Shown one piece after another: positions 28,980 to 38,693 of a stretch of 64,000 nt of DNA; position 1 is the first letter of the stretch; the number at the start of each line of letters is the position of its first letter. The notes beneath the pieces were generated by a model. It was not told where the DNA came from. It saw only the letters and a list, made by a program, of their open reading frames with translations, and made no database searches. Made by a program: the position numbers and the translations under genes. Origin of the DNA: Clostridiales bacterium. GTDB lineage: Bacteria; Bacillota; Clostridia; Oscillospirales; CAG-272. The stretch covers positions 119,265 through 183,264 of the forward strand of contig JAAZAV010000014.1 in assembly GCA_012514145.1 (NCBI GenBank), written 5' to 3'.

Positions 28980-31589
28980 ATGGAAAGAAAAATCACCGAC
29001 CTGCTGAACGGCAGGGGCGAAAACTACATACTTCCTTTCTTCTGGCAGCACGGCGAGGACGATGAGACCCTTATCCGCGAGATTGATGCCATATACAACA
29101 GTTCAATCAGGGCGGTCTGCGTCGAGTCCCGCACCCATGAACAGTTCTGCCGTGACGAATGGTGGCACACAATGGATGTCATACTCGACGCCTGCGCAAA
29201 ACGCGGGATGAAAGTATGGCTTCTTGACGACAAGCATTTCCCTTCGGGTTACGCAAACGGTATTATACCCGAGAAGTACCCGGATCAGACAATGTGGGGC
29301 ATGACCGAGCGCCATATGGATGTATACGGTCCGCAGAAGGACGGAGCGGTAGAGTATTTTACACGCACATCCCCGAATGACGAACTGCTGGCTGTGGTGG
29401 CATGCAAGCGGTCGGGTGTGGGTGAAGAGCTGACCGGCGAGGCGATTGACCTTACCGACTGTCTCGAGGATGATATGGTATACTTCGACGTACCTGAGGG
29501 CTGCTGGCGTGTATATTTCATATTCAAGACACAGTCGGGTATCGGCGCACACTTCCTGCGCTACGCGGACAAGCTCACCGAATTCGGCGGCGATGCCTAC
29601 ATCGAGGCGGTGTATCAGCCTCACTTTGAGCGTTACGGCAGTTACTTCGGCACAACCTTCGCCGGCTTTTTCTCGGATGAGCCTTGTTTCTCAAACGGGC
29701 TGGCGGTCGGGAAGCGCCCCGATCTCGGCGTCAAATACTCACATTTCCCCTATGCCCCCGAGGTCATCGAAAAGCTGAGTGAGCGCTTCGGCGAGACATA
29801 TCGTTCAATGCTGCCCTTTATCTGGGGCGACGCGGATGCGCCGGTGATGCGCACGATACGCCTGGCATATATGGACATTATCACCGACATGTACAAGCGC
29901 TACTTCTCGGGCAAGCTGGGAGACTGGTGCCGCGCCCATGGCTGCGAATACATCGGGCACATAGTTGAAGATGATGAGCAGCACACCGGAACCGGACACA
30001 GCGCCGGACACTTCTTCCGTTCACTTGACGGTCAAGATATGGCAGGTATTGACGTTGTGCTCTGTCAGACGGTTCCGGGCATGACCGATAACATAATCAC
30101 TGTGCCCTGTTCCTATGACATTGTAAATCCTGATTTCTATCACTTCACGCTGCCGAAGTTAGGCTCATCCCACGCGCATATTCAGCCAGAGAAGAAGGGG
30201 CGCGCCATGTGCGAGATCTTCGGCGCCTACGGATGGGCCGAAGGGCTTAAGATGATGAAGTGGCTCACCGACCTTATGCTGGTGCGGGGAATAAATCACT
30301 ATGTTCCGCACGCATTTACGCCGAAATTTCCCGACCCGGACTGTCCGCCGCATATGTTCGCCCAGGGCACTAATCCTCAGTATGTGCTCTTCCGGCGTCT
30401 CGCCGAGTATATGAACCGTGTCTGTCACATAACAAACGGCGGTCGGCATATTCAGTCGACGGCGCTGCTCTATCACGCCGAGGCGCGCTGGGCATCAAAA
30501 TGCGAGAATTATATGAAGGTGGATGTTCCTGCGCGGTACCTGACCGAGCACGGTCTGGACTACGACATTGTTTCCGCAGATTATCTGAACGGTGCAAAGG
30601 TTGAGAACGGTCAGCTTATGCTGGCAGACGAGAGCTATCCATGCCTTGTCATTCCTCAGGCCGAGTATCTGCCCGAAAAGCTGCTGCGCGATATCGCGTC
30701 GCTGGCAAATGACGGGCTCCCGGTTATCTGTATAGGTCAGGTTCCCGAAGCTGCCGAAGGCGGTACTTATTCTCTTGGTGATATCGACAACGTCAAGACA
30801 GTAAAACTCGAAACGCTGGATTCCGCAGTACGCAAGTACTCCAAGGATATCACCGTATCCGGAGAATATCCTCGTTTCCTGCGCTTCTATCACTATGTGT
30901 CGGGTGATACTCATTATTATATGTTTACCAACGAAGGCATCCGTGACACAATCGAATGCAGCGTACGGTTTCCGGTGTTCAAGTTCGGTCATTATGTGGT
31001 ATATGACGCTATGGAGAATATTGCATGGCGAGAGACCGATCTTGACGGCTCGATACGCATCAGTCTCAAGCCTTATGAATCGCTTATTTATGTTTTCGGC
31101 GATACCGAAGGTATCCCTCTCGGCGCGAAACCGGTCGAACGCTGCAATTTCAAATCTGAGATTACCGAATTGAGCGGCACCTGGGAGATATCCACCGCCG
31201 AACCGGCAGCATACCCGGTATTCACACCTTATCGCAGCAGTGATACTCTCTTTAATATAACCGGTCGGGGTATGTTACCCCGCTTCTCTGGTCACATAAA
31301 ATATGAGCTGACCTTTAATAATGCCTACTCTGCAAAGAAATCGGCTGTTATTGACCTTGGTTATGTTGGCGAGTGTGCCGAGTTGTATGTCAACGGTCAG
31401 CCTGCCGGCACGCGCATTGCACCGCCCTACCGCTTTAATGTCAGTTCGCTGCTCTGCAAAGGCGAGAACCGCCTGACAGTCGAAGTGACAAACCATTACG
31501 GCTGGAAGATGCGCGACCGTCTGTCACAGTATCTGCTGTTTGAGCCATCCGGACTGCTTGGTCCGGTGACTCTGGAAATCGAGAAATAA
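28980..31589 (+). CDS. large putative glycoside hydrolase with a C-terminal jelly-roll / galactose-binding-like domain
   Basis: 869 aa. N-terminal block ILPFFWQHGEDDETLIREIDAIY ... KVWLLDDKHFPSGYANG. C-terminal LYVNGQPAGTRIAPPYRFNVSSLLCKGENRLTVEVTN, a sugar-binding jelly-roll pattern shared with GH2/GH106-type enzymes. The exact family is not resolved. Confidence 0.7.
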   Translation: MERKITDLLNGRGENYILPFFWQHGEDDETLIREIDAIYNSSIRAVCVESRTHEQFCRDEWWHTMDVILDACAKRGMKVWLLDDKHFPSGYANGIIPEKYPDQTMWGMTERHMDVYGPQKDGAVEYFTRTSPNDELLAVVACKRSGVGEELTGEAIDLTDCLEDDMVYFDVPEGCWRVYFIFKTQSGIGAHFLRYADKLTEFGGDAYIEAVYQPHFERYGSYFGTTFAGFFSDEPCFSNGLAVGKRPDLGVKYSHFPYAPEVIEKLSERFGETYRSMLPFIWGDADAPVMRTIRLAYMDIITDMYKRYFSGKLGDWCRAHGCEYIGHIVEDDEQHTGTGHSAGHFFRSLDGQDMAGIDVVLCQTVPGMTDNIITVPCSYDIVNPDFYHFTLPKLGSSHAHIQPEKKGRAMCEIFGAYGWAEGLKMMKWLTDLMLVRGINHYVPHAFTPKFPDPDCPPHMFAQGTNPQYVLFRRLAEYMNRVCHITNGGRHIQSTALLYHAEARWASKCENYMKVDVPARYLTEHGLDYDIVSADYLNGAKVENGQLMLADESYPCLVIPQAEYLPEKLLRDIASLANDGLPVICIGQVPEAAEGGTYSLGDIDNVKTVKLETLDSAVRKYSKDITVSGEYPRFLRFYHYVSGDTHYYMFTNEGIRDTIECSVRFPVFKFGHYVVYDAMENIAWRETDLDGSIRISLKPYESLIYVFGDTEGIPLGAKPVERCNFKSEITELSGTWEISTAEPAAYPVFTPYRSSDTLFNITGRGMLPRFSGHIKYELTFNNAYSAKKSAVIDLGYVGECAELYVNGQPAGTRIAPPYRFNVSSLLCKGENRLTVEVTNHYGWKMRDRLSQYLLFEPSGLLGPVTLEIEK

Positions 31590-31616
31590 TACTATAACAG
31601 TAATCGAGGTATAATC

Positions 31617-32252
31617 ATGGAACTCAAGGGAAAAGTAATCAGCTTTTTAGGCGACAGCATAACCGAGGGCTGCGGCACAAGCGGTGTCGAAAAGCATTTC
31701 GTTACGCTTATCGGAAAACGCTGCGGATTTAAGCGTTTCAACAACTACGGCATAGGCGGCACCCGTATCGCGCCGCAGCATACTCCCTCCGCAACCGCAC
31801 GCTGGGATCTCGACTTCTGCGGACGCTGCAAGAACATGGATCCCGAATCGGATATCATTGTGGTTTTCGGCGGTACCAATGACTTCGGTCACGGCGACGC
31901 CCCGATAGGAGACTTTGAGGATCGCGGTACCGATACCTTCTGCGGCTCCTGCCATTATCTCATGAGAACACTGATCGAAACATATCCGGAGGCGGTTATA
32001 GTCATCTGTACTCCACTGCACCGCGGCGGCGAAAACAACCGACAGCCTGTCACTATGGCGGAATACAACGCCATAATCAAACGCACCGCAGAATACTATT
32101 CCCTGCCCGTTCTCGACCTCTGGAGCATATCCGGCATGCAGCCTGCGGTGGAAGTCATAAAATCCAAGTATATGCCTGACGGACTGCATCCCAACGACGC
32201 CGGTCATGAGCTGCTTGCCGCAAGGATTACAGGCTTCCTGCAGGCTTTATAA
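31617..32252 (+). CDS. SGNH/GDSL hydrolase family esterase
   Basis: Block I ISFLGDSITEG and block V DGLHPNDAGHELLA. Confidence 0.8.
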   Translation: MELKGKVISFLGDSITEGCGTSGVEKHFVTLIGKRCGFKRFNNYGIGGTRIAPQHTPSATARWDLDFCGRCKNMDPESDIIVVFGGTNDFGHGDAPIGDFEDRGTDTFCGSCHYLMRTLIETYPEAVIVICTPLHRGGENNRQPVTMAEYNAIIKRTAEYYSLPVLDLWSISGMQPAVEVIKSKYMPDGLHPNDAGHELLAARITGFLQAL

Positions 32253-32290
32253 CGCTGTGAGGCTTTTACACTCAATAAGGAAGGTTTGAC

Positions 32291-33247
32291 ATGTCATATA
32301 CCGATATACGCGCCGCGCAGGATGATTTTTCGAGTCTGCGCTGGGGTGTTTTCCATCATTATCTCTGGAATCCACGTGTGTTTCCCGGCAGGCCAGAGGC
32401 GGCTGACTGGGCGAAGAACATAGAATCCTTTGACACCGACCGTCTGGCGCGAACTCTGCACGATATGGGCGCCGGGTACTATTTCATTACCATGGTGCAC
32501 GGCACCGAGTATATGATCGCGCCGAATGACGCTTTCAGATACATTGCCGGTTCGTGGGCTGACAGTGTATCTCCGCGCCGCGACCTTGTTGAGGATCTTT
32601 ATACATCGCTGTCACGCTACGGAATCAGGCTTTGTCTGTATTTCAACGCCTCGACACCGCTACTCACCTCTGTTGCCGCCGAGATGAACACCGCATTTGA
32701 CCGTGGCACCGAGCTTCCGAAGCCGGGAGTGAATGTGACACATCTTGCGGTACCCGAATCAACACGGTTGTGGGCGGAGGTGCTGCGGGAATACGCGGTG
32801 CGTTATGGCGACAAAGTGACAGCCTGGTGGCTGGACAGCTGTTACACCTGGTACGGCCACACGCCGGAAACAATGAAGTTGCTGTACGACGCCATAAAAG
32901 CGGGAAATCCGAATGCGCTCACCGCCTTCAACGGCGGAGTTATGAAGGATATTGTAAAATGGTATGCTGACGAGGAATTTACCTGCGGTGAATTCAATGA
33001 GTTCGACTATGTTCCCGACGGACGCTTCACCGATGGAGCTCAGAATCACATTCTCGCACCGCTGGGCTACACTCAGCATTACCGCGGCGGCTGGGGTGAG
33101 AAAAACTCCAAGATAACCGGCGAAGAGCTGCGCAGTTACCTGAAACGGCTTGAAGCGGCAGGCTGTCCGCTTACGATTGATGTCCACGTGCGCCCCGACG
33201 GTACCTTCGACCCTGTTCAGGAGGAGATTCTGCGTGCTCTCGCGTAA
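32291..33247 (+). CDS. hypothetical TIM-barrel-like hydrolase, possibly alpha-L-fucosidase (GH29)-related
   Basis: LRWGVFHHYLW and VTAWWLDSCY weakly resemble GH29 N-terminal blocks. The assignment is tentative. Confidence 0.5.
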   Translation: MSYTDIRAAQDDFSSLRWGVFHHYLWNPRVFPGRPEAADWAKNIESFDTDRLARTLHDMGAGYYFITMVHGTEYMIAPNDAFRYIAGSWADSVSPRRDLVEDLYTSLSRYGIRLCLYFNASTPLLTSVAAEMNTAFDRGTELPKPGVNVTHLAVPESTRLWAEVLREYAVRYGDKVTAWWLDSCYTWYGHTPETMKLLYDAIKAGNPNALTAFNGGVMKDIVKWYADEEFTCGEFNEFDYVPDGRFTDGAQNHILAPLGYTQHYRGGWGEKNSKITGEELRSYLKRLEAAGCPLTIDVHVRPDGTFDPVQEEILRALA

Positions 33248-33281
33248 TCCTGCCGATACGCGGTTATTTTACAAAATCCGG

Positions 33282-33310
33282 TTGATTGTAACCCCGTTAT
33301 CTGATATAAT
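33282..33310 (+). promoter_or_regulatory. sigma-A type promoter (extended -10) for the aminotransferase operon
   Basis: TTGATT (33282-33287), 17 nt, TGaTATAAT (TATAAT at 33305-33310). Confidence 0.72.
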
Positions 33311-33359
33311 AAAAGTTGAAATTTGAATTTCACAATACCTGATGAAGGAGTGACGTAAC

Positions 33360-34823
33360 ATGAACCGTTTGACATCTCCGTGTCTGTCGCTGTGCGATAT
33401 ACTCGGTGAGGAATACATTTCTCAGATACTGCGCTCTGCCGAGCTGACCGGCATCGACACCGATCCGAAACTCGCATACAAGAAGGTTGATTTTCTGCCT
33501 GATTCGAGGATTGAACAGCAGAAGAAGCTTCTCGCTGCGGTGGGCAGCAGCGTTAAGGAAGCCTGGAATGATACCGAGGACGGTTCTCCCACGGCATCGT
33601 TCAAAAAGGCTGATAACCGCAAAGCCGCATCGGTCGGCGGCGTGGGCTGCATGCGTGTCGGCGAGGACGGCAGACTATATCTTGTCGGCAAGAGCGAGCA
33701 TTACCATGCATCCCTCGGACACGATTTCGGCGGTTACAAGCTCATAAGTTACGCCAAATCCCTTGGTATTTCCAATGCAGCTCACAATAACAGCCGCGGC
33801 TATATCACCCGTCTGCTTGAAAGGCGGCTTGTCGAGACAATCGGCGTTCCCAGGCTTGACCGTGTCATCAACCTGGAAACGGGCAGTATTGCCTGTGAGG
33901 CGGGCATCAAAATGATGCTGGCGCGCTTCTATGCTCTTGACAATACTTTCGCAGAGCCGGTTTACAGCGGAAAAACGCCCGTATTCCTGGTGCTGAAAGG
34001 CAACTACCACGGCACAAATGTGGTTTCACAGATCCTCCGCGGCATGTGGGGCGGCATGTACAAAAAGCTGGAGGAAGCCGGAATCGTAAAGGTCGTCGAG
34101 CTTATCCCAAACGATATTGAAGAATTCAAAGCTAAGCTCACCGAACACAACAGCGGTTCATTCAAGACTGCAGGCTTCCTTCATGAGCTGATAATGATGA
34201 ACAACGGCGCCATAAAGCTTGATAAGGAATATATCCGTACTGTGTACAAGTTATGCGCCGAGAGCAATACTCCGACACTTGTGGACGAGATCCAGACCGG
34301 CATGTGGTATACCGGTATGTTCCTGTTCCGCCTGTACGGTCTTAAGCCTGACTTTGTCGTCATCGGCAAGGGCTTCCCGGGCGGTGAATACCCGGCAAGC
34401 AGGATTGTCACCAATGCCAAGATGGATACCCTGAATCAGTTCGGCGCCCTGGTCACCAACGGTCAGGAGGAACTGGCTTCCCTTGCGTACCTTATCACAA
34501 TGGAGTACCACAAAGCAAACGCCGAATACATCGGCAAACTCGGCGATCACTTCAATGCGTCTCTTAAGGCGATCGCTGACAGATATCCCGCACTTATAAC
34601 CTGCGTCGAGGGAATGGGGCACTGTTCTTCTCTTCAGTTCGTCAATGTTGAAGCGGCTGCCGATTGCGCCTCACACCTTAACAAGCGCTGCATTGACTGC
34701 TCGGTTCAGCTATACAAGGCCGAGTGTCCGCCGGCGCTGCTGCTCAAGCCGCCGCTTGTTGCCGACACCGATGTACTTGATTTCATAACCGACGCCATCG
34801 ACGAGGTGCTTAAGAATCTATGA
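33360..34823 (+). CDS. class-III (PLP-dependent) aminotransferase family protein
   Basis: DEIQTGMWYTGMFLF ... DFVVIGKGFPGG (class-III DExQTG block and Schiff-base Lys context). 487 aa with an N-terminal extension. GAAGGAG ribosome-binding site. Confidence 0.8.
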   Translation: MNRLTSPCLSLCDILGEEYISQILRSAELTGIDTDPKLAYKKVDFLPDSRIEQQKKLLAAVGSSVKEAWNDTEDGSPTASFKKADNRKAASVGGVGCMRVGEDGRLYLVGKSEHYHASLGHDFGGYKLISYAKSLGISNAAHNNSRGYITRLLERRLVETIGVPRLDRVINLETGSIACEAGIKMMLARFYALDNTFAEPVYSGKTPVFLVLKGNYHGTNVVSQILRGMWGGMYKKLEEAGIVKVVELIPNDIEEFKAKLTEHNSGSFKTAGFLHELIMMNNGAIKLDKEYIRTVYKLCAESNTPTLVDEIQTGMWYTGMFLFRLYGLKPDFVVIGKGFPGGEYPASRIVTNAKMDTLNQFGALVTNGQEELASLAYLITMEYHKANAEYIGKLGDHFNASLKAIADRYPALITCVEGMGHCSSLQFVNVEAAADCASHLNKRCIDCSVQLYKAECPPALLLKPPLVADTDVLDFITDAIDEVLKNL

Positions 34824-36256
34824 TTGTACTCGGAATAGATGTGGGAACCACAGGCACCAAGACTCTTGCCCTTAACGACAACGGTGAGATACTCGGCCGC
34901 GGCTACCATGAATACGGGCTTATCACACGTCCCGGCGGCATAGTTGAGCAAAAGGCTTCCGACTGGTACGATGCGGTCGTGATATCTGTAAGACAGGCGA
35001 CTGAGGGTCTCGAAAGGGACGACATAGCAGCGATCTCGCTCTCTACCCAGGGTGCGTCCATGACCGCGGTTGACTCGGATTTCAACGAACTCTGCAATGT
35101 CATCACCTGGATGGACAGACGCGCAGTCGAGGAAGCCGATTATATAAACGGCGTAATCGGCAGCGAGAATGTCTACCGCACTACCGGCTACTCCATCGGT
35201 CCCAGCATAGACGCTCCGAAGATACTCTGGCTGCGAAAGAACAACCCGGAGCTGACCGAAAAGACGCACAGTTATGTTTCTACAATCGAGTATATCAATT
35301 ATAAGCTCACCGGCGTCAATGTTATCGACCCCACCAACGCCGCCATACGCGGTATGTTCGACATCAACAAAGTCGGCTGAAGTGATAAAATCCTCGCCGC
35401 CATGGAACTTGACCTAAAATATCTGCCCGAGACGGCGGTCAGCAGTACCTGCATCGGCAGTCTGACCGAAACGGCTGCTTCCGACCTGGGAATAAGTCGT
35501 GATGTGAAGGTATATCTCGGCGCGCATGACCAGTATTGCGCGGCTCTCGGCAGCGGCGCGGTTAATGCGGGCGACATGCTGCTGTCAACCGGCACAACCT
35601 GGGTGGTTCTCGGAATATCCGACCGCATCATCTACAGTTCAAGCCATATCTCCCCAGGCATACACCCGGTAAAGGGGCTTTACGGCGAGCTGGCATCCCT
35701 TAAAAACGGCGGTTCGGCTCTCAAGTGGTATAAGCAGTTGGTGTCTGCCGAAAGCTATGCCGACCTGGATGCCAACGCCGCAGAGCGGCTTCACAGCTCC
35801 GCCGGACTGCTTTTTGCACCCTATTTTAACGGCGCGGGCTTCCCCACCTCGGATAACACCCGTTTCGGCAGTCTTCAGGGGCTGCAGCTGCATCACGATA
35901 AATACGACATCGCCCGGGCGCTTATGGAGGGTGTGGCATTTGAAATCAGGCGCACGCTCGATGAATTCGCTGCCAACGGGCTTGAAGTAAAAAATCTAAA
36001 ATTCATGGGCGGTGCGGCTAACAGCCGTCTCTGGACAGAGATCACCGGCTATATCACCGGTTGCCGAATGACACGCATGACCGAAAGCGAGGCATGTGCC
36101 GTGGGTGCGGCGCTTATCGCAGGCGTCGGCTGCGGTATGCTGCCGTCCTACGATATAGGGCTTGCATCCGAGGATATCGAGCTTAGCGACAAATCGCTGT
36201 ATGATTTCTATGATGATAAATTCAATGATTATGTCAATTTCGTAACAAGGATGTGA
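34820..36256 (+). pseudogene. FGGY-family carbohydrate kinase interrupted by one in-frame TGA (35378-35380)
   Basis: ORFs 34820-35380 (IVLGIDVGTTGTKTLAL, FGGY_N) and 35402-36256 (MGGAANSRLWTEITGYITG, FGGY_C) are in the same frame. Read-through gives ...FDINKVG*SDKILAAMELDLKYLPE, with the stop at the position of the Trp that I recall as conserved in FGGY kinases. Confidence 0.8.
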
Positions 36257-36263
36257 CCGTAAC

Positions 36264-37280
36264 ATGAGAGTAGAATATTTTGAACGCACGCCGCTGGATG
36301 CAGAGTTCTATGACAAATATCTCAAAGACCGCATCCCTTCAAAACTCATCGACATGCACCTACACTTCACCAAACCCGAGTTCTGCACCAACCTTCAGGT
36401 AGACCCAAACAGCTGGGCATCACAATGCAGCTCGAAAATGGAGTTTGAGGATTACAAGTATTACGCGAATATTTTCTATCCCGACACCGAGTTCTTTGTC
36501 AATGCCCTCCCATCGGTCACCAAGGGCATTGACATAGTGGGCAACAACGGCTATATCGCCGAACTGAAGGCTGCCGGCAAAGCCAAATACGCACATATGC
36601 TGGTCAATCCCGAGTGGACAGGCGATTACACCGAGAAAATGTTCCTTGAGGGCAATTTCGACGGCTACAAGCCCTATCCCGACTATGTATCGGGCAAGCG
36701 CGGCGCAGAGATCGGCATGTTTGATTTCGTCAACCCAGATCAGTATGAGATTCTTAACAAGTATAATAAGTCCATGGTGCTCCACCTTCCGAGAGCCGGA
36801 CGCTATCCCGACGACAACAACATCAAGGAACTGATTACAATCCGCGAGAAGTACCCGAATATTAAAGTCATCATCGCACACTGCGGCCGCTCTTACGCCA
36901 TGTATTTTATTACCGAAGCGGCAAGGAAGCTGGGCTCCATGTTCAACGACTTCTACTACGATCTCGCCGCAGTGCTCAATCCCGAGGTGTTAGATTTCAT
37001 GATGGCGAATGTTGATAACAAACGCATCATGTACGGCACCGACCTGCCGGTATTCCTGTGGCATGGCAAGCGCCGCTGGACCTACACCGAATATTTCAAC
37101 CTCGTCCGCGAGGATTTCAAATTCAACAAGCACGAGGAAGGCCCCGAGAAGGAAGCGGGCTACACCTTCTTCCTGTATGAGCAGCTTAAGAACATACTTG
37201 ATGTCACCGACAAATACGGCGGAAAGAAAACCGCCGAGGACATATTCTATAACAACGCAGTGAGAATTGTGGAGGGCTAA
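36264..37280 (+). CDS. amidohydrolase-2 family metal-dependent hydrolase (TIM barrel)
   Basis: LIDMHLHF near the N-terminus, IIAHCGRSY and MYGTDLPV blocks typical of Amidohydro_2. Confidence 0.7.
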   Translation: MRVEYFERTPLDAEFYDKYLKDRIPSKLIDMHLHFTKPEFCTNLQVDPNSWASQCSSKMEFEDYKYYANIFYPDTEFFVNALPSVTKGIDIVGNNGYIAELKAAGKAKYAHMLVNPEWTGDYTEKMFLEGNFDGYKPYPDYVSGKRGAEIGMFDFVNPDQYEILNKYNKSMVLHLPRAGRYPDDNNIKELITIREKYPNIKVIIAHCGRSYAMYFITEAARKLGSMFNDFYYDLAAVLNPEVLDFMMANVDNKRIMYGTDLPVFLWHGKRRWTYTEYFNLVREDFKFNKHEEGPEKEAGYTFFLYEQLKNILDVTDKYGGKKTAEDIFYNNAVRIVEG

Positions 37281-38654
37281 ATGGAAAAACTGAAAGTAGG
37301 GCTCCTGCCTCTTTATATCAAGCTTTATGACGACTTTTCGGCGCAGATGCGCCCGCGTATCGATCTCTTTTATGAGCAGATTACTGAGGCTATCCGTGCG
37401 AAGGGTGCAGAAGTTGTAACCTCACCTGTCTGCCGCCTGACCAAAGAGTTCAAAGCGACTGTTGCATATTTCGAGGAAGCCGGTGTTGACGCCATAGTCA
37501 CCCTGCATCTCGCCTACTCGCCTTCGCTGAAATCAGCCGAGGTTCTGGCTAACACCAGGCTGCCGATTGTTGTTCTTGACACTACCCCAACCTATATTTA
37601 CGATGCCTACACCGACCCCGCCGAGCTTTCATATAACCATGGCATCCACGGTGTACAGGATATGTGCAACCTGCTTCGCCGCAACGGCAAGTTCTTCCGG
37701 ATTCACGCCGGCCACTGGGAGGAGTCGGACGTCATAGACCGTGTCCTGGCATCTGTAAAGGGCGCAAAGTTGGCGAAGAAACTCCCCTCCATGCGTGTCG
37801 GAATGGTTGGTGAGCCTTTCAAGGGTATGGGCGACTTCCAGCTTGGCGGACGCAAGCTCAACAAGCTGCTTGGCTTCACCACCATCGACTTTGATATGGA
37901 TTCACAGTACGAAATATCCACGGCAGAGGCAGAAAGCGAATACGCGTATGACGCCGTTCGTTATGATGTTTCCGCGCTGACAAAAGATGAATATCTCGAG
38001 CGTGTAAAGGTTGATCTTGCAATCCGCAAGTGGGTCGAGGAACAGAAACTCGACGCCTTCACCGTAAACTTCCTCTCCACCTCAAAGGATAACGCCATGT
38101 ACTACATGCCCTTCACCGCCGCAAGCAAAGCCATGCGCGACGGTATCGGCTATGCAGGCGAAGGCGACCTTATGACCGCGGCTCTGGTCGGCACCTTCCT
38201 CAGCCAGTATAATGAGACATCCTTCACCGAAATGTTCTGCCCCGATTGGAAGAACAACTCGATATTCCTCAACCATATGGGCGAGCAGAACCCCAACTGC
38301 GCCGTCGGGTCCCGCTATGTAACCAGTTCATTTAAGTATACAGACGCCGGCGAGCCTATGAAGTTGGTCGGAACATTCAAGCCCGGCAAGGCGATATTCG
38401 CCTGTCTTGCTCCGCAGGCCGGCAACAAGTTCACTCTTATCGCTTCTCAGGTTGAGATGCTGGATACTCCTGCCGACAACCGTCACACCGGCGGCGTAAA
38501 CGGCTGGCTCAAGCCTGCCAAGCCGGTTTCGGACTTTCTTGAGGATTACAGCAGAAACGGCGGCATTCACCACGCGATGCTTGTCTACGGCGGAGATATC
38601 GAGGTTGTTAAAGCATTTGCCGAATATTCGGGTTTCGGTTTCGTTGAAATCTGA
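37281..38654 (+). CDS. L-fucose/L-arabinose isomerase family protein
   Basis: N-terminal KVGLLPLYIKLYDD pattern and about 457 aa length resemble the AraA/FucI-like family. The start abuts the upstream TAA. Family call from memory, not a search. Confidence 0.6.
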   Translation: MEKLKVGLLPLYIKLYDDFSAQMRPRIDLFYEQITEAIRAKGAEVVTSPVCRLTKEFKATVAYFEEAGVDAIVTLHLAYSPSLKSAEVLANTRLPIVVLDTTPTYIYDAYTDPAELSYNHGIHGVQDMCNLLRRNGKFFRIHAGHWEESDVIDRVLASVKGAKLAKKLPSMRVGMVGEPFKGMGDFQLGGRKLNKLLGFTTIDFDMDSQYEISTAEAESEYAYDAVRYDVSALTKDEYLERVKVDLAIRKWVEEQKLDAFTVNFLSTSKDNAMYYMPFTAASKAMRDGIGYAGEGDLMTAALVGTFLSQYNETSFTEMFCPDWKNNSIFLNHMGEQNPNCAVGSRYVTSSFKYTDAGEPMKLVGTFKPGKAIFACLAPQAGNKFTLIASQVEMLDTPADNRHTGGVNGWLKPAKPVSDFLEDYSRNGGIHHAMLVYGGDIEVVKAFAEYSGFGFVEI

Positions 38655-38693
38655 CGCAGACGCCGCATATATGTTTCACAGTGAGGTATTTAT

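Noticed and set aside
35378-35380. TGA read as genome-wide Trp (code 4-like) or as selenocysteine in the FGGY kinase.
   Set aside because: TGA terminates many well-supported genes in this window (tsaC, parC, murQ, the SpoIID-like gene and the BNR protein). The expected residue is Trp, not Cys/Sec, and I see no SECIS-like hairpin just downstream.
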